The position numbers were made by a program, and so were the translations under genes. Below the pieces are notes generated by a model, which saw only the letters and a program-made list of their open reading frames with translations, was not told the origin of the DNA and ran no database searches. A DNA stretch of 64,000 nt, from the IMG/VR virus record IMGVR_UViG_3300037258_000725; one strand, 5' to 3'. This stretch comes from an uncultured virus (IMG/VR IMGVR_UViG_3300037258_000725). Lineage: Duplodnaviria; Heunggongvirae; Uroviricota; Caudoviricetes. Positions 54,436 through 64,000 of this stretch are shown here, piece by piece; within the stretch, counting starts at the first letter, position 1, and each line of letters opens with the position of its first letter.

Positions 54436-54804
54436 TCACAGGTCTTCGGCCGCGGTTGCCCAGTCAGCGGGTAGCTGGGCATCGCAGCCAGTCTTCAGGC
54501 ACAGCCAGCCAACGATCTCCTCATCCCCTGACCCGTCTGACTTCCTGGCCATGATCCGCTGCACGTTCCGGTGTTTGCATGGGCCAGGGGTCTTGTGGTC
54601 CGGGGCCTGGATCACGCCCGATGCATAGAGTGCGGCCAGTGGCTGGAATCCCTGATTGGCCTGAGCCAGGGCCTTGGCCTGAGCTCGCTTGGCCAGGCCC
54701 TTGCTGATGTGCTTGGCTGACTCCCTGATGCAGCCACAGACCACGATGATGGCCACGATGACAGCGAACAGGTTATGGCTGGCAGCGGTCAGGAGTGCAT
54801 TCAT
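54436..54804 (-). CDS. Membrane-anchored protein with C-terminal Cys motif
   Basis: N-terminal TM; 'CKH...WLC...C..QLPADW'. Confidence 0.5.
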   Translation of the reverse strand: MNALLTAASHNLFAVIVAIIVVCGCIRESAKHISKGLAKRAQAKALAQANQGFQPLAALYASGVIQAPDHKTPGPCKHRNVQRIMARKSDGSGDEEIVGWLCLKTGCDAQLPADWATAAEDL

Positions 54805-55238
54805 GATCCCGCCCTCTCTGGCACTTCGGTGATGACCCACCCGTGCCGGCTCAGGATGGCAGCGATCTGGGGCCGCTCATAGGACGGGCCCTTGATGATC
54901 TTGCCGTCCTGGTTGATCACCACGCCGCCGATCATCTTGGTCATGTTGGAGCGGTGGATCTCGCGCATGATGGCATCCACTGGCAGGCCATAACTGACCA
55001 TGGTCCCGGCCAGGACGTAGATCATGTCCCCCAGCGCGTCCGCGATCTCCACCAGGTCCCCGGCCTCAATCGCGGCACCGAGCTCCTTCAGTTCGCTCAG
55101 GAACATCGCCTCCCGGAGCTCTGCGGAGGAGAAGGTGTCCGGGACCTGGAGGGTGGGGTGGTCAGGTACCTGGAGGCCAGCCCGGCCATGGAACTCCAGG
55201 AGCATTCCCCCGAGGGTGCGGGCGGTCGGCATGGTCAT
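54801..55238 (-). CDS. MazG-like/PRA-PH nucleoside triphosphate pyrophosphohydrolase
   Basis: 'E..EL..A....DLVEIADALGD..YV..G', 'EIHRSNMTK', 'DGKI.KGP.Y..P'. Confidence 0.88.
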   Translation of the reverse strand: MTMPTARTLGGMLLEFHGRAGLQVPDHPTLQVPDTFSSAELREAMFLSELKELGAAIEAGDLVEIADALGDMIYVLAGTMVSYGLPVDAIMREIHRSNMTKMIGGVVINQDGKIIKGPSYERPQIAAILSRHGWVITEVPERAGS

Positions 55239-57051
55239 GAGTCCTCCCTGAGCAGGTCACTGGAGATCACGCGGTAGTCATAGCAGGGCCAGATGGACCC
55301 GCACCCTGCACAGACCGGATTGCCCTCCACCTCGGCCCCGGGCCGGTGGTGGGCCAGCAGGGCCTCCAGGGCCGATGCGGCACGGCGGGCATGGTGGGCC
55401 AGGACTGGCAGCATGGCGGCTGTGGCAACCCTGGCTGGGTGGTCCAGCACGGCATCACTCAAGGCCCGCAAGGCTGAGCACTGCCGTGCTGTGCCAGCAG
55501 GGTCCAGGGGGGCATCGGGCAGCAGGGGGATGCGCATGTGCCGTTTGAACGCCTCGGTGGCCACCACGGCGTCATAGATCAGGGTGTCCACTTCCCGCTG
55601 TTCAGCAGGCAGGGCTGAGTCATCCCATTCCACCAGCCAGGAGGCTTTGGGGCTGGCCAGGGTGCGGGCCCACCGGGTGAACGCGGTGCGGACCACCTTG
55701 CCGCGGTCTTCTTCGCCCATCATCCACCAGCCTCCTGGGCCTGCCGGGCTTTGCGCCTGCGTTCCCGCTGGATGCCATAGGCCCGCATCGAGCGGATGAA
55801 TGACTCATACTTGTGCTCGGAGCCAAACAACGTCCGTGCACAAAGGCCGCAGAACAGATTCGGGCCAGACCGCCGTGGCCGGAAGCACTCACCGCAGTAG
55901 TGGGTACCCTCACTGGGCTTGTGCTTGATCCGGTCAGGGTCTGTCCGGGGTGTGCCTGGCTGACCGGGGGCCTTGCCAGCATTGCTGGCCGTGCTCATCC
56001 TCAGCCGGGGCATCAGGCAGCACCCGCCTGGGCCTGGTGGTCCCCATCGCAGTCCCCCGCCAGGTTCGGGCAGGAGCAGGGCTGGCCGGCTGGGCCAGCG
56101 GTCAGGATGTCAGTGTGCGAGAACAGGGACCCGGCCTGGATGACCTCCGGGGCTCTCCGGACCCGGGTGACAGTGACCTTGGGGCCCCGGGCCTGGGTGA
56201 TCTGCTCAACCCAGGCGTCCTGGCTGTCCCGGGTCTGGTCAATGGCCTGCTGCCGGCCCACGCCATGGTTGGCTCCCCCGCACACGCATTTGCAGACCCG
56301 GCATGTCGCGTCATAGCACCGCTTGGTGCAGGCGATGACCTCCTCGGCCCCGGAGTCTTCGTCCTTGAGGTGGACGGCGATGAGGGTGCTCATGCCATCT
56401 CCTCAGCCTCATCGAGAACTTCCTCGATCTTGGTCTCGTCGTAACCCAGCCAGGCTGGGTCATGGTTGCGGAGGGTGCCAGGGCCCTGGTGCTCATGGGC
56501 GTGCTGGGCCACATTGTCCGGAACTGTCCGGCAGATGGCCATGGGGTCCCAATGCGTGCTGACCAGGTGCAGGGCCAGGTCTTCCCCGGGCTGGCCCAGG
56601 TGCCACTGGACGTGGAGCACCTCCTCAGGCTTGCCACCTGAGGCCACTTCCCTGGCCAGGGCATGCGCTGAGCGGTAGGGCAGGATGGTCATGGTGAACC
56701 AGGGCTGGTCATTCAGCCTGATCAGGTACCGCTCAATCTGGCTCACCCTGGGTCACCTTCCGGAGTGCTGAATGCCTTGACCCAGGCATCGGTGATGATC
56801 TTGACCCGGGCCCAGAGGGATTCAGGCTTGGCCTGTGGCATGGCATTCCCGAACCGCTCGATCACCCAGGCATCCCAGTAGAAGCGGTCAGGGCCCACGC
56901 TGAAAGGGTTGCGCTGGCCAAAGTAAACCTCCTGGAGTGTGCCAGTCCCCTTCAGGGCGCTGGCCCATTCCAGGGCGGCAGTAAGGGCCTCAGCCGGTGA
57001 GGTGTAGTCATCAGCCGGTGAGGTGTAGCCATCATGCTTGGTCTCAGGCAT
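55235..57051 (-). other. Five abutting hypothetical genes (55235-55723, 55720-56013, 56013-56393, 56390-56746, 56743-57051)
   Basis: 1-4 nt start/stop overlaps; several Cys-rich, e.g. 'CYDA....CKCVCGGANHG'. Confidence 0.55.
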
Positions 57052-57835
57052 TGGTGAGCTCCGTCCAGTAGTGGCCGAACGGTGCGCCCGCCCGGTAGGC
57101 GATCAGGCCGAGCAGCACGGCCAGGGAGACCGGCAGCACGGCCCAGGTCTCGAACCACTCCCCTTCGTGGAACCACAGCGGGATGAGGGGTGGCAGGTGA
57201 AAATGATGCATGTACGGGAACAGCCAGGGATCACCCTCGACGGTCATCGAGTCGCCGATGATGTGAGCGAGCATGCCGACTCCGACCGCGGGCGCGGCCA
57301 GGGCGATGTCATAGTGCTTCCACACCATGAGCGTGGCCAGGCCAGCGGCGATCAGGTCGCGCTGCCAGCCGGGGATCTGCACGAACAGGTCGGCGGGCCG
57401 GTGGTGGCCCTTCTTGAGCTCCACGCTGATGATGGCCAGGGCACAGGACACCAGCACGGCCAGCATGAACCACAGCCAGGCCCGGCCCAGGAACACCAGC
57501 CAGGATGGGCCAGCCCAGCCCTCCCAGCAGGCCACCCCAGCCTGGGTGGCTGCCGTGAAGATGGCCACGGCCAGCAGGGAGTGGGTGAAGGTGCGGTGCG
57601 GGAAGGGCCTGAGGAGCCAGTGGAAGGCCCCGGTCAGGAAGCCCAGGGACCGGGCCACGGTGGAGCGGGGCTGGTCGATGTCAGACAATGGTCCCGCGCC
57701 GAAAGCCAGGCAGGTGCCCGTGGCCAGGATGACGCCGGTCCCGCCGATGGTGGCGTGAGTGAAGGGCAGCACCGTGGTCGCAACGGCCAGGTAGGCGGCT
57801 GCGGCATGGGTGGCGTGGGTGCGGCCTTCACACAT
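57044..57835 (-). CDS. YdjM-like membrane-bound metal-dependent hydrolase
   Basis: 'G.TH', 'DID.P.S', 'HRTFTHSL', 'HIIGD.MT..G.P.L.P'. Confidence 0.85.
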   Translation of the reverse strand: MCEGRTHATHAAAAYLAVATTVLPFTHATIGGTGVILATGTCLAFGAGPLSDIDQPRSTVARSLGFLTGAFHWLLRPFPHRTFTHSLLAVAIFTAATQAGVACWEGWAGPSWLVFLGRAWLWFMLAVLVSCALAIISVELKKGHHRPADLFVQIPGWQRDLIAAGLATLMVWKHYDIALAAPAVGVGMLAHIIGDSMTVEGDPWLFPYMHHFHLPPLIPLWFHEGEWFETWAVLPVSLAVLLGLIAYRAGAPFGHYWTELTNA

Positions 57836-58124
57836 CGCTGGCCTTCACCACCAGCCTGAGCTTCCCGGCAGCCATCTCCCGGCCCGCTGGTGTCAGCGAG
57901 TAGAACCGGCGCGGGCCCGGCTGGCATGCGGGCGGGTTCTCCTCCGCGCGGCCAGTGACCAGGCCCTGGCGCTCCAGCCGGGCCAGGATGATGAGTGCCC
58001 GGCCAGACCTCACCTGGGCGGCCCGGGCCAGCGGGTAGCTGGACAGGTTGGTGGCACCAGACAGGAGTGCCAGCAAGACGCGCCGCTCGGCCCGGGATGG
58101 CTTGTGCTTCTTCCGGTTCCCCAT
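57828..58124 (-). CDS. PadR-like winged-helix regulator
   Basis: 'L.RLE..GLV....E......PRRFYSLT..G'. Confidence 0.8.
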   Translation of the reverse strand: MGNRKKHKPSRAERRVLLALLSGATNLSSYPLARAAQVRSGRALIILARLERQGLVTGRAEENPPACQPGPRRFYSLTPAGREMAAGKLRLVVKASDV

Positions 58125-58137
58125 GGGGAGTGCCTCC

Positions 58138-58491
58138 TCAGGCTGCCAGGTCGAGGTCGTAGGTCACGGTCATGAACCCGCCGACGCCGGGGTGCCCGGA
58201 CAGGGTGCTCCGGGTGACCATGGCCCGCTGGCATCGGTTGTGCCCGAACACGGCTGGCTCAGCCTCACAGCCACAGGGACGGCCAGGCAGCGGGTGGCAG
58301 CGGGCCTTGGCGCAGTGCCAGCACTCGCGGTGCCTGACCCAGCGGGAGAAGCTGCCGAAGTCATACTCCCCCGGTGCGACCACATGCTCGTTGTAAAGCT
58401 GGCCGGGCCGGATCATGCCGTCACCTGAGCAGTAGCGGCTGCACTCGTGCAGCTTGCGGGCCCGGTGGGTGGTGGTCCGGTAGTAGCTCAC
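58138..58491 (-). CDS. Cys-rich hypothetical protein
   Basis: 'RARK.HEC...C...IRPGQ.Y'. Confidence 0.55.
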   Translation of the reverse strand: MSYYRTTTHRARKLHECSRYCSGDGMIRPGQLYNEHVVAPGEYDFGSFSRWVRHRECWHCAKARCHPLPGRPCGCEAEPAVFGHNRCQRAMVTRSTLSGHPGVGGFMTVTYDLDLAA

Positions 58492-59183
58492 TCCTGGCCA
58501 CCACCATCCCGGGCGATCAGTTCCTGCTCCAGCCGGGTCAGAGTGGACTGAACGCCGCCCAGGTCCCGCTTGGCCGTGGTGGTCCAGGCCAGCAATCTGC
58601 GGGTGCCCCCCTTGGCCCACTCGCCGGGCGGGACGAACCCACGGGACATCCAGGAGTCAAGCCGCCGCACCAGATCCGGGGGCACAGGCTCCCCAGGCCC
58701 AGTGTGAGCACGGATGCGGTCCAGCAAGGTGTTCACATCCATGCCGATCAGGTCATTGTCCTGCCGGGACTGGTCGGGCCGGTAGGGGCGGCCGGGCAGC
58801 CGCTTGCGGGACGGGATGACACGGACGGGCACCTTCATCTGGCGCTCGTAGGGTGGGGCCATGCGGTCCAGGCCATCCAGGGTGCGCATGGGCACCCGCA
58901 GCATCTCCACCCGCATTTCCTCGGGGTGCCACGGCTCGCCGTCGATGATGTGACGTTCCCCCATGATGTACGCCACGTCACCAGGCTGGAGGTTGGCGAT
59001 GGGGAGGAGTTCCCACGTCTCGGCAGGGCCCTCTCCCCCCTCCCTGAGGGCATCCCGGGCCTGGGCCAGGAGCCCGATCAGGCCCTCACTGGCTCCGGCC
59101 AGGTCCTGGTCCACCTCTGTGGGTCCATGGCCGGTGAGGGCGTTCTCCAGGTCCTGGGCCACCATGGCCTGGTGTGGGGTCAT
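58488..59183 (-). CDS. Hypothetical protein
   Basis: Overlapping starts and stops; 'LDSWMSRGF.PP..W'. Confidence 0.55.
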   Translation of the reverse strand: MTPHQAMVAQDLENALTGHGPTEVDQDLAGASEGLIGLLAQARDALREGGEGPAETWELLPIANLQPGDVAYIMGERHIIDGEPWHPEEMRVEMLRVPMRTLDGLDRMAPPYERQMKVPVRVIPSRKRLPGRPYRPDQSRQDNDLIGMDVNTLLDRIRAHTGPGEPVPPDLVRRLDSWMSRGFVPPGEWAKGGTRRLLAWTTTAKRDLGGVQSTLTRLEQELIARDGGGQE

Positions 59184-59602
59184 GATCCGACGCCTTCTGG
59201 GTGCGGGATCTTCACGCACGTCATCAGGTCGGGGTAGTTGCTGGACAGATGCTGCCGCTCCCCATGGACCTGGCAGCGGTAGGTGGCTCCGACCTGGAGC
59301 TCATTGAACAGGTCGGAGCTATTGAACTTGCCCCGCCAGAAGTTGTCCGTGTCCTTGAACACGCCCTGGGGGGTGAAGATCAGGTACTGGTGGCCGTTGT
59401 TGCCGGTGGCCTGGTCGTCCAGCCGGGTGATGGTGATGGTCTCGCTGTAGTTGTTCATCTGCGACGTGACGAAGCTGATAAGTGGGTAGGCGATCAGGGC
59501 GATCAGGGCCAGCGCTCCCCCGATCCATGAGCCGGGGTGCATGCTGTCGTCGCTGCGGTAGTTGCGCGGGCGCGGCATGTAGTAAGTGCCGGGTCTCGGC
59601 AT
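59180..59602 (-). CDS. Membrane-anchored OB-fold-like phage protein
   Basis: TM then 'Y.IFT..GVF...D....GKFNSSD....L..G.TY...V.G.R'. Confidence 0.65.
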   Translation of the reverse strand: MPRPGTYYMPRPRNYRSDDSMHPGSWIGGALALIALIAYPLISFVTSQMNNYSETITITRLDDQATGNNGHQYLIFTPQGVFKDTDNFWRGKFNSSDLFNELQVGATYRCQVHGERQHLSSNYPDLMTCVKIPHPEGVGS

Positions 59603-59634
59603 GTGGTCTCCTCCGGGTGCGGGTAGTCGTACTA

Positions 59635-59663
59635 ACAGTATGCCATAAGCAGTATGGCGTCAA
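59635..59663 (-). promoter_or_regulatory. Promoter with internal GCCATA-N5-TATGGC operator
   Basis: TTGACG-17 nt-TACTGT; nearly identical to the 7675-7704 element. Confidence 0.65.
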
Positions 59664-60164
59664 TCAGGCTGCGATGTCCCTGCGGACCATTTCCTTGCTC
59701 AGCCCGAACACCTCACCAATCTCAGCCAGGGAGCATCCCTGGTCGGCCAGGAACCGCTCCCAGGAGCGCCTGGTGGGCAGGTCACAGCCGGGGGAGCACT
59801 GCCTCCGGACAGTGGCGATGGCTGAGGCCTTGCGGGCCCGCTCCTTGGCTGCCTCGGCCGCGGCGGCCTGCTTGTCAGCCACAGCCTGGAGGGCAGCCTG
59901 GTGGGCTGCCAGCCACTGCCGGCCAGCCTCGGTCAGGGCCCAGATGACGGCCCGGCCGACACGGCGGGAGCCTGGGGTCCAGCCCTTCCGCTCCACCCGC
60001 CCAGCGGCCTCGTGGTAGCGCAGGGCCTCGCCGTAGCGGAGCAGGCTTGCCCCATCCCCGATGGCGGCCCGGAGCTCCGGAGTGGAGGCCTGGCCGGCCC
60101 GGGCGAGCTCAGCGAAGATCTGGGTTGCTCTGGTGGTGGCCACTCGGCCGTGGGATTCGGTCAT
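59664..60164 (-). CDS. DNA-binding protein (wHTH plus sigma-region-4-like HTH)
   Basis: 'W.LT.AG' and 'SLAEIGEVFGLSKEMVR'. Confidence 0.6.
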   Translation of the reverse strand: MTESHGRVATTRATQIFAELARAGQASTPELRAAIGDGASLLRYGEALRYHEAAGRVERKGWTPGSRRVGRAVIWALTEAGRQWLAAHQAALQAVADKQAAAAEAAKERARKASAIATVRRQCSPGCDLPTRRSWERFLADQGCSLAEIGEVFGLSKEMVRRDIAA

Positions 60165-60646
60165 GCCTTGGTTCCTCTCTGGGATCGGCGGGGGTGGGCG
60201 GCCCGCCACTTCTCGCCCTCGGCCCGGGCACAGGTGGTGCAGATGCAATGCTGGCCATCGCAGCACCGCAGGGCCCCGATGGAGAAGCCGCAGCACCAGC
60301 ACTGCCTGGAGGGGTCCGGGTTGGGGCACTGGGGGCCATAGGCCCTGATGTCGATGGAGTGAGTTTCGCCCCGCTCCTCCTTGCGGAGGTGGTCAGCGCA
60401 CACCTCGTACTCGCCGCCGTTGATGATGGCTGTGGGCATGCCGCCGGCCTCACCCAGCGGGTCAAGCTCATAGAGCGCATCCACGATCAGGGGCGGGTCC
60501 ATGCCGCCAGTCAGGTAGCCACCATCGGGCCCGCGCCATGAGGGGTTTTCGTAGGTCACATGGTCACCAGGCTTGATGCCATTCCGCTCCTCCAGGGCCA
60601 CGGGGGCGTCTGGGTCGTCGGGGTCGGTGCGGTAGAACTCGGTCAT
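60161..60646 (-). CDS. Hypothetical protein with C-terminal Cys cluster
   Basis: ATGA overlaps on both sides. Confidence 0.5.
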   Translation of the reverse strand: MTEFYRTDPDDPDAPVALEERNGIKPGDHVTYENPSWRGPDGGYLTGGMDPPLIVDALYELDPLGEAGGMPTAIINGGEYEVCADHLRKEERGETHSIDIRAYGPQCPNPDPSRQCWCCGFSIGALRCCDGQHCICTTCARAEGEKWRAAHPRRSQRGTKA

Positions 60647-62547
60647 GCTGCTAGCTCCAGTTGGGTGTTGGTGATCACTTCGACCAGGGCGCTGATGAGC
60701 ACCTCGGCCACGGGCGGGGTGACGGCATTGCCTAGCTGGCGGATCTGTTCCCGCTGGTTGCCCAGCACGATGTAGTCCTCGCCAAAGGCCATGGCCGCGT
60801 GGATCTCAGGCACCTTGAGCATCCTGAACAGGATCTCGCTGGGGTCGATGATGAGGTTCCCGCGCTCATCAATGACCTTGTGCCAGTCCTGGCTGGCCAT
60901 GCCGAAGCGCTGCAAGCTGGTCACTGCCCCCATGGGCCCGCCCACTGTCCGGGCCACCCCAGTGCCGTAGTAGGGGATGAGCAGGGACTGGTGCCCGGCC
61001 GAAGTCAGGGTCCGCATCGGCTCCCCCACCGGGGTGCACATCTCCGCTCCGCCCGCGTTGTTGCGCATGAGCAGGGGCGCGGGGATGGCCAGGGCATGGT
61101 TGGACCCATCGGCCACGATGGTGGCGGTGGGGTCGGTGACGGGAATGGAGCGGTTGCGGCCTGAGCGCAGCGGCAGCAGGATCGGCGGGCAGGCCATGCC
61201 ATGGTGGCCACCTGAGGTGGTCAGGGTGGCCATCGGGTCAGCCACGGAGTGGCCGGTGTTCCCGTCCCGCATCTCCACCATGAACGGGGGGACCACCAGG
61301 GCATCGTTTTCCCGGGTGGTGCGGGCCCGGAATGGCTCGGTGGCCAGCATGGCCGTGTCATTCCAGGTGCCGCCGGCCGGGGCGATCAGTGGGGGACAGG
61401 CCAGGGCATGCTGGCTGGTGGCCATCTGGGTGGGCGCTGGCCGCCCCACCGGCCAGGTCCGCACCCCAGGGGTCCGCTCATAGGTGTTGCCCGCGGCGGC
61501 CAGCAGGATGGGCAGCCAGTGCCGCTGGGCCCCGGCCATGATCCGGGCCATGGTCTTGGGGGCCAGCGGCCTGGGCCTGTCCCCGATCCTGGTACCCAGG
61601 TCACCCCAGTCGATGGCGGCGATGGCGGGCAGGACGTAGGGCTCCACCCGCTGGCCCTGGCAGGAGACCTTGGGGCACAGGTAGTCGTACTGCTGGTGGT
61701 AGCGGCCCATGGTGGTGCCTGGCTTGCGCCACACCTGGACAGCCTTGATGTTCTGCTCACAGGCGGGGCACCAGGCAGTTGGCCGCAGCCACTTGTCAAA
61801 GTCAGGATTGCGGCCCAGCTTCTCGTGCCAGTACACCAGGTAGAAGCGGTCCCGGGACTGGGGAGCTCTGGGGGTGCGCTGCGACTGGGCATGCATGGAG
61901 TTGAGGGCCACCAGGTGGGTCTTGTAACCCAGCCGCTCGATGGACCTGCGCCACTCCCCGAAGTGGACCCACTTGCACACATCGGTGACGTTCTCCACCA
62001 CCCCGCACAGCACGGGCTGGCCCCTGGTCACCATGGCATCCAGGTACCGGGCCACATCCCACATCAGGGCCCGGGACCGCTCGGCTGCCTCCGGGGGCAG
62101 CGGCCCGTCGCCGTCGAACAGGCTGGCCTGGTGGCTGAAGGTCTGGGTCTTGCCCTGGCCCTGAGACCAGTACGGGCACTCCGGGGATGACCAGAAAATC
62201 ATGCACGGGGGGATTCTGGTCAGGTCCATTTCCCTGATGTCGCCGTGCTTGTGCACGGCCTCGGGGAAGTTTCGCTCATGGGTTTCGATGGCCCTGGCCC
62301 AGTGGTTGGCCGCGGCCTTGATGAACACCCCGGGCACGGACTCAGCGCCCTGTGAGGAGCCGCCTCCGCCGCAGAACCAGTCATGGTAGGTGATGTCCCC
62401 GGTCAGGTCCCGCTGGGCGGGAGCCACTGTCCAGATGGCCTTGAGCACCTCTGTGAGGTTGCGGCGGGACAGCCGCTGCCAGGCCATCAGGTCAGCCGGG
62501 GTGGCTGGCATCCACTGGCCTGTTATCGGGTCCAGAACTGCGGGCAT
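60643..62547 (-). CDS. DNA (cytosine-5) methyltransferase
   Basis: 'DWFCGGGG', 'SPEC', 'VENV', 'QSRDR', 'QLGNAV'; repeated 'P..TL.T' TRD units. Confidence 0.92.
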   Translation of the reverse strand: MPAVLDPITGQWMPATPADLMAWQRLSRRNLTEVLKAIWTVAPAQRDLTGDITYHDWFCGGGGSSQGAESVPGVFIKAAANHWARAIETHERNFPEAVHKHGDIREMDLTRIPPCMIFWSSPECPYWSQGQGKTQTFSHQASLFDGDGPLPPEAAERSRALMWDVARYLDAMVTRGQPVLCGVVENVTDVCKWVHFGEWRRSIERLGYKTHLVALNSMHAQSQRTPRAPQSRDRFYLVYWHEKLGRNPDFDKWLRPTAWCPACEQNIKAVQVWRKPGTTMGRYHQQYDYLCPKVSCQGQRVEPYVLPAIAAIDWGDLGTRIGDRPRPLAPKTMARIMAGAQRHWLPILLAAAGNTYERTPGVRTWPVGRPAPTQMATSQHALACPPLIAPAGGTWNDTAMLATEPFRARTTRENDALVVPPFMVEMRDGNTGHSVADPMATLTTSGGHHGMACPPILLPLRSGRNRSIPVTDPTATIVADGSNHALAIPAPLLMRNNAGGAEMCTPVGEPMRTLTSAGHQSLLIPYYGTGVARTVGGPMGAVTSLQRFGMASQDWHKVIDERGNLIIDPSEILFRMLKVPEIHAAMAFGEDYIVLGNQREQIRQLGNAVTPPVAEVLISALVEVITNTQLELAA

Positions 62548-62561
62548 AGGTCCCCCTCCTG

Positions 62562-64000
62562 TCAGGCTGCCTGGGCGGCAGGCTCGTCGTGTGGCTGAGC
62601 ACGCTCATTGGCCAGCCGGGCGAGCTCGGCATTGATCTCCTCCACCAGTTGCCGGGCGGCGGCGAGCTCGGCGGCCTGGGCGAACTCACCAGACTCAGCC
62701 AGGCCCTTGCTGGCGTGCTCGATCTCCCGGCTGGCCCGCTCAATGACGTGGCGGGCTTCAGTGACGTGGCCCTCCATGCCGGTGAGCCTGTTCTCCAGCC
62801 GGGTGATGAGCTTGCCGGTCCAGATCTCGGTCAGGTTCAGGCCCCTCAGTTCCCCGAACGGCATCTCATCCAGCACCAGGTCAGCCAGGACGCTGCCCTG
62901 CTGGGCCACCCAGAAGTGGGCCTTGACCTGGAATCCGCCCAGCCAGCCCAGGGGCACGAACCCGTGGGACTGGCCAGCCCGCACCCCAGGCTTGGCGTCG
63001 GAGTACTCCTGGTGCAGGACCTGGCGGAAGGCCTCATGGGCCTCGGCCCGGTCGGTGAACTCCTGGGCCCCGATGATGATGCGGAAGTCTTCCCCGGCCA
63101 CGGGCTCACGGCGGCCCATGGCTTCCTGAACCCGGGCGATCACGCTCTCCTGCCAGGTGATCTCGTCCTGGTTGGCTGTGACCGCATACCGGAATGACTC
63201 CAGGGTCCGCTCCCAGGCCCGTTCCGCCCGGTCCAGCCGCACGAACTCTGAGTCGGCCACGGCCTTCTCCAGCAGGAGCGGGTTGTCGGTGGCCAGGGCC
63301 TGGATCTCGGAGAAGGACAGGGCCACATCCCCGATGTCCTTGACTGACCTGGTGTCGAACCTGCCCCGGATCAACTGGCCGATGAAGGTTGCCTTGCGGG
63401 CCAGGGCCTGCCACATGTAGGCATCGAAGGAGCGGGAGGTGATGTACCGCAGCAGGCGCACCTCAGCGTTGAGGTTCCCCTGCCGGATGGCCCGGCCGAT
63501 CCGCTGGGCCACATCCGCTGGCCGCCAGGGGGCATCCAGTTCGTGCAGGGCCACCAGCCGGTCCTGGACATTGACCCCGACGCCCATCTTCTCGGTGGAG
63601 CCCACCAGGACGGCCACAGCCCCGGCCCGGCAGGCTGCGAACAACTGGGCCTTGGCCCGGTCATTGGTGGCCTCATGCACGAACCTGACCCGGTTGGCCG
63701 GCATGCCCCGGAACACCAGTTCGGTCCGCAGCGTGTCGTAGACGTTCCACTTCTCCGAGGGGGTGCCCAGGTCACAGAACACGAGTTGGAGGGAGCCTGG
63801 CACCAGTGAGTCTGGGTAGACGTGATCCCGGTTGGCCTGCCAGATCTCGTAGATCTTGCCGGCCGCGGCCTCGATCTTGCTGGGGGTGGTCTGGGGCTGG
63901 CCCACCAGTTCCATGCTGATGGCGGCTTTGCGGCCATCCAGGCAGACGTTGAGCATGTTGTCCTCGTCGGGCTTGACCGCCCGGCTGCGGATCTTCTCGG
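62562..64000 (-). CDS. C-terminal part of a large SNF2-type helicase (DarB-like methylase-helicase); start lies beyond the window
   Basis: 'QLVFCDLGTP', 'GSTEKMGVGVNVQ.RL.ALH.LD.PWRP.D..QR.GR..RQGN', 'SFDAYMWQ'; the frame stays open to the window edge. Confidence 0.85.
   Translation of the reverse strand, partial: EKIRSRAVKPDEDNMLNVCLDGRKAAISMELVGQPQTTPSKIEAAAGKIYEIWQANRDHVYPDSLVPGSLQLVFCDLGTPSEKWNVYDTLRTELVFRGMPANRVRFVHEATNDRAKAQLFAACRAGAVAVLVGSTEKMGVGVNVQDRLVALHELDAPWRPADVAQRIGRAIRQGNLNAEVRLLRYITSRSFDAYMWQALARKATFIGQLIRGRFDTRSVKDIGDVALSFSEIQALATDNPLLLEKAVADSEFVRLDRAERAWERTLESFRYAVTANQDEITWQESVIARVQEAMGRREPVAGEDFRIIIGAQEFTDRAEAHEAFRQVLHQEYSDAKPGVRAGQSHGFVPLGWLGGFQVKAHFWVAQQGSVLADLVLDEMPFGELRGLNLTEIWTGKLITRLENRLTGMEGHVTEARHVIERASREIEHASKGLAESGEFAQAAELAAARQLVEEINAELARLANERAQPHDEPAAQAA

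Noticed and set aside
56990..57034. 21-bp tandem repeat, also the 10-bp tandem at about 46822
   Set aside because: Simple local duplications (the first is in-frame YTSPA x2), with no spacer structure

Overview
High-GC window from a large actinobacterial phage, most likely temperate with a plasmid-like prophage state. Left end: minor tail genes, then a lysis region (GH25 endolysin, holin-like genes, papain-like peptidase). Middle: BldC-like regulator, parA with a partner gene, secreted and small membrane proteins, TrmH, a PNK-like kinase, XRE-DUF5753, NADAR, dCTP deaminase, a pyruvoyl-type histidine decarboxylase homolog and a XerCD dif-like site (29326-29353). Right: about 38 minus-strand tRNAs covering all 20 amino acids, Lsr2, a MazG-like gene, a C5 DNA methyltransferase and a truncated DarB-like helicase. 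Main finding: a 659-aa Cas12m-like (type V-M, RuvC-inactivated) effector at 16079-18058 with no conventional CRISPR array and no cas1/cas2 in the window. Instead, about 25 structurally conserved but sequence-variable repeats (NNN-CG-[6-bp stem]-loop-[6-bp stem]-AC) lie in 10 dispersed loci between 5.2 and 49.3 kb. Both the stem and a leader/loop pseudoknot covary, and most spacers are 16-24 nt. Repeats directly flank the effector gene, and some sit between tRNA genes. All assignments were made by eye and from recalled family motifs; no searches were run.
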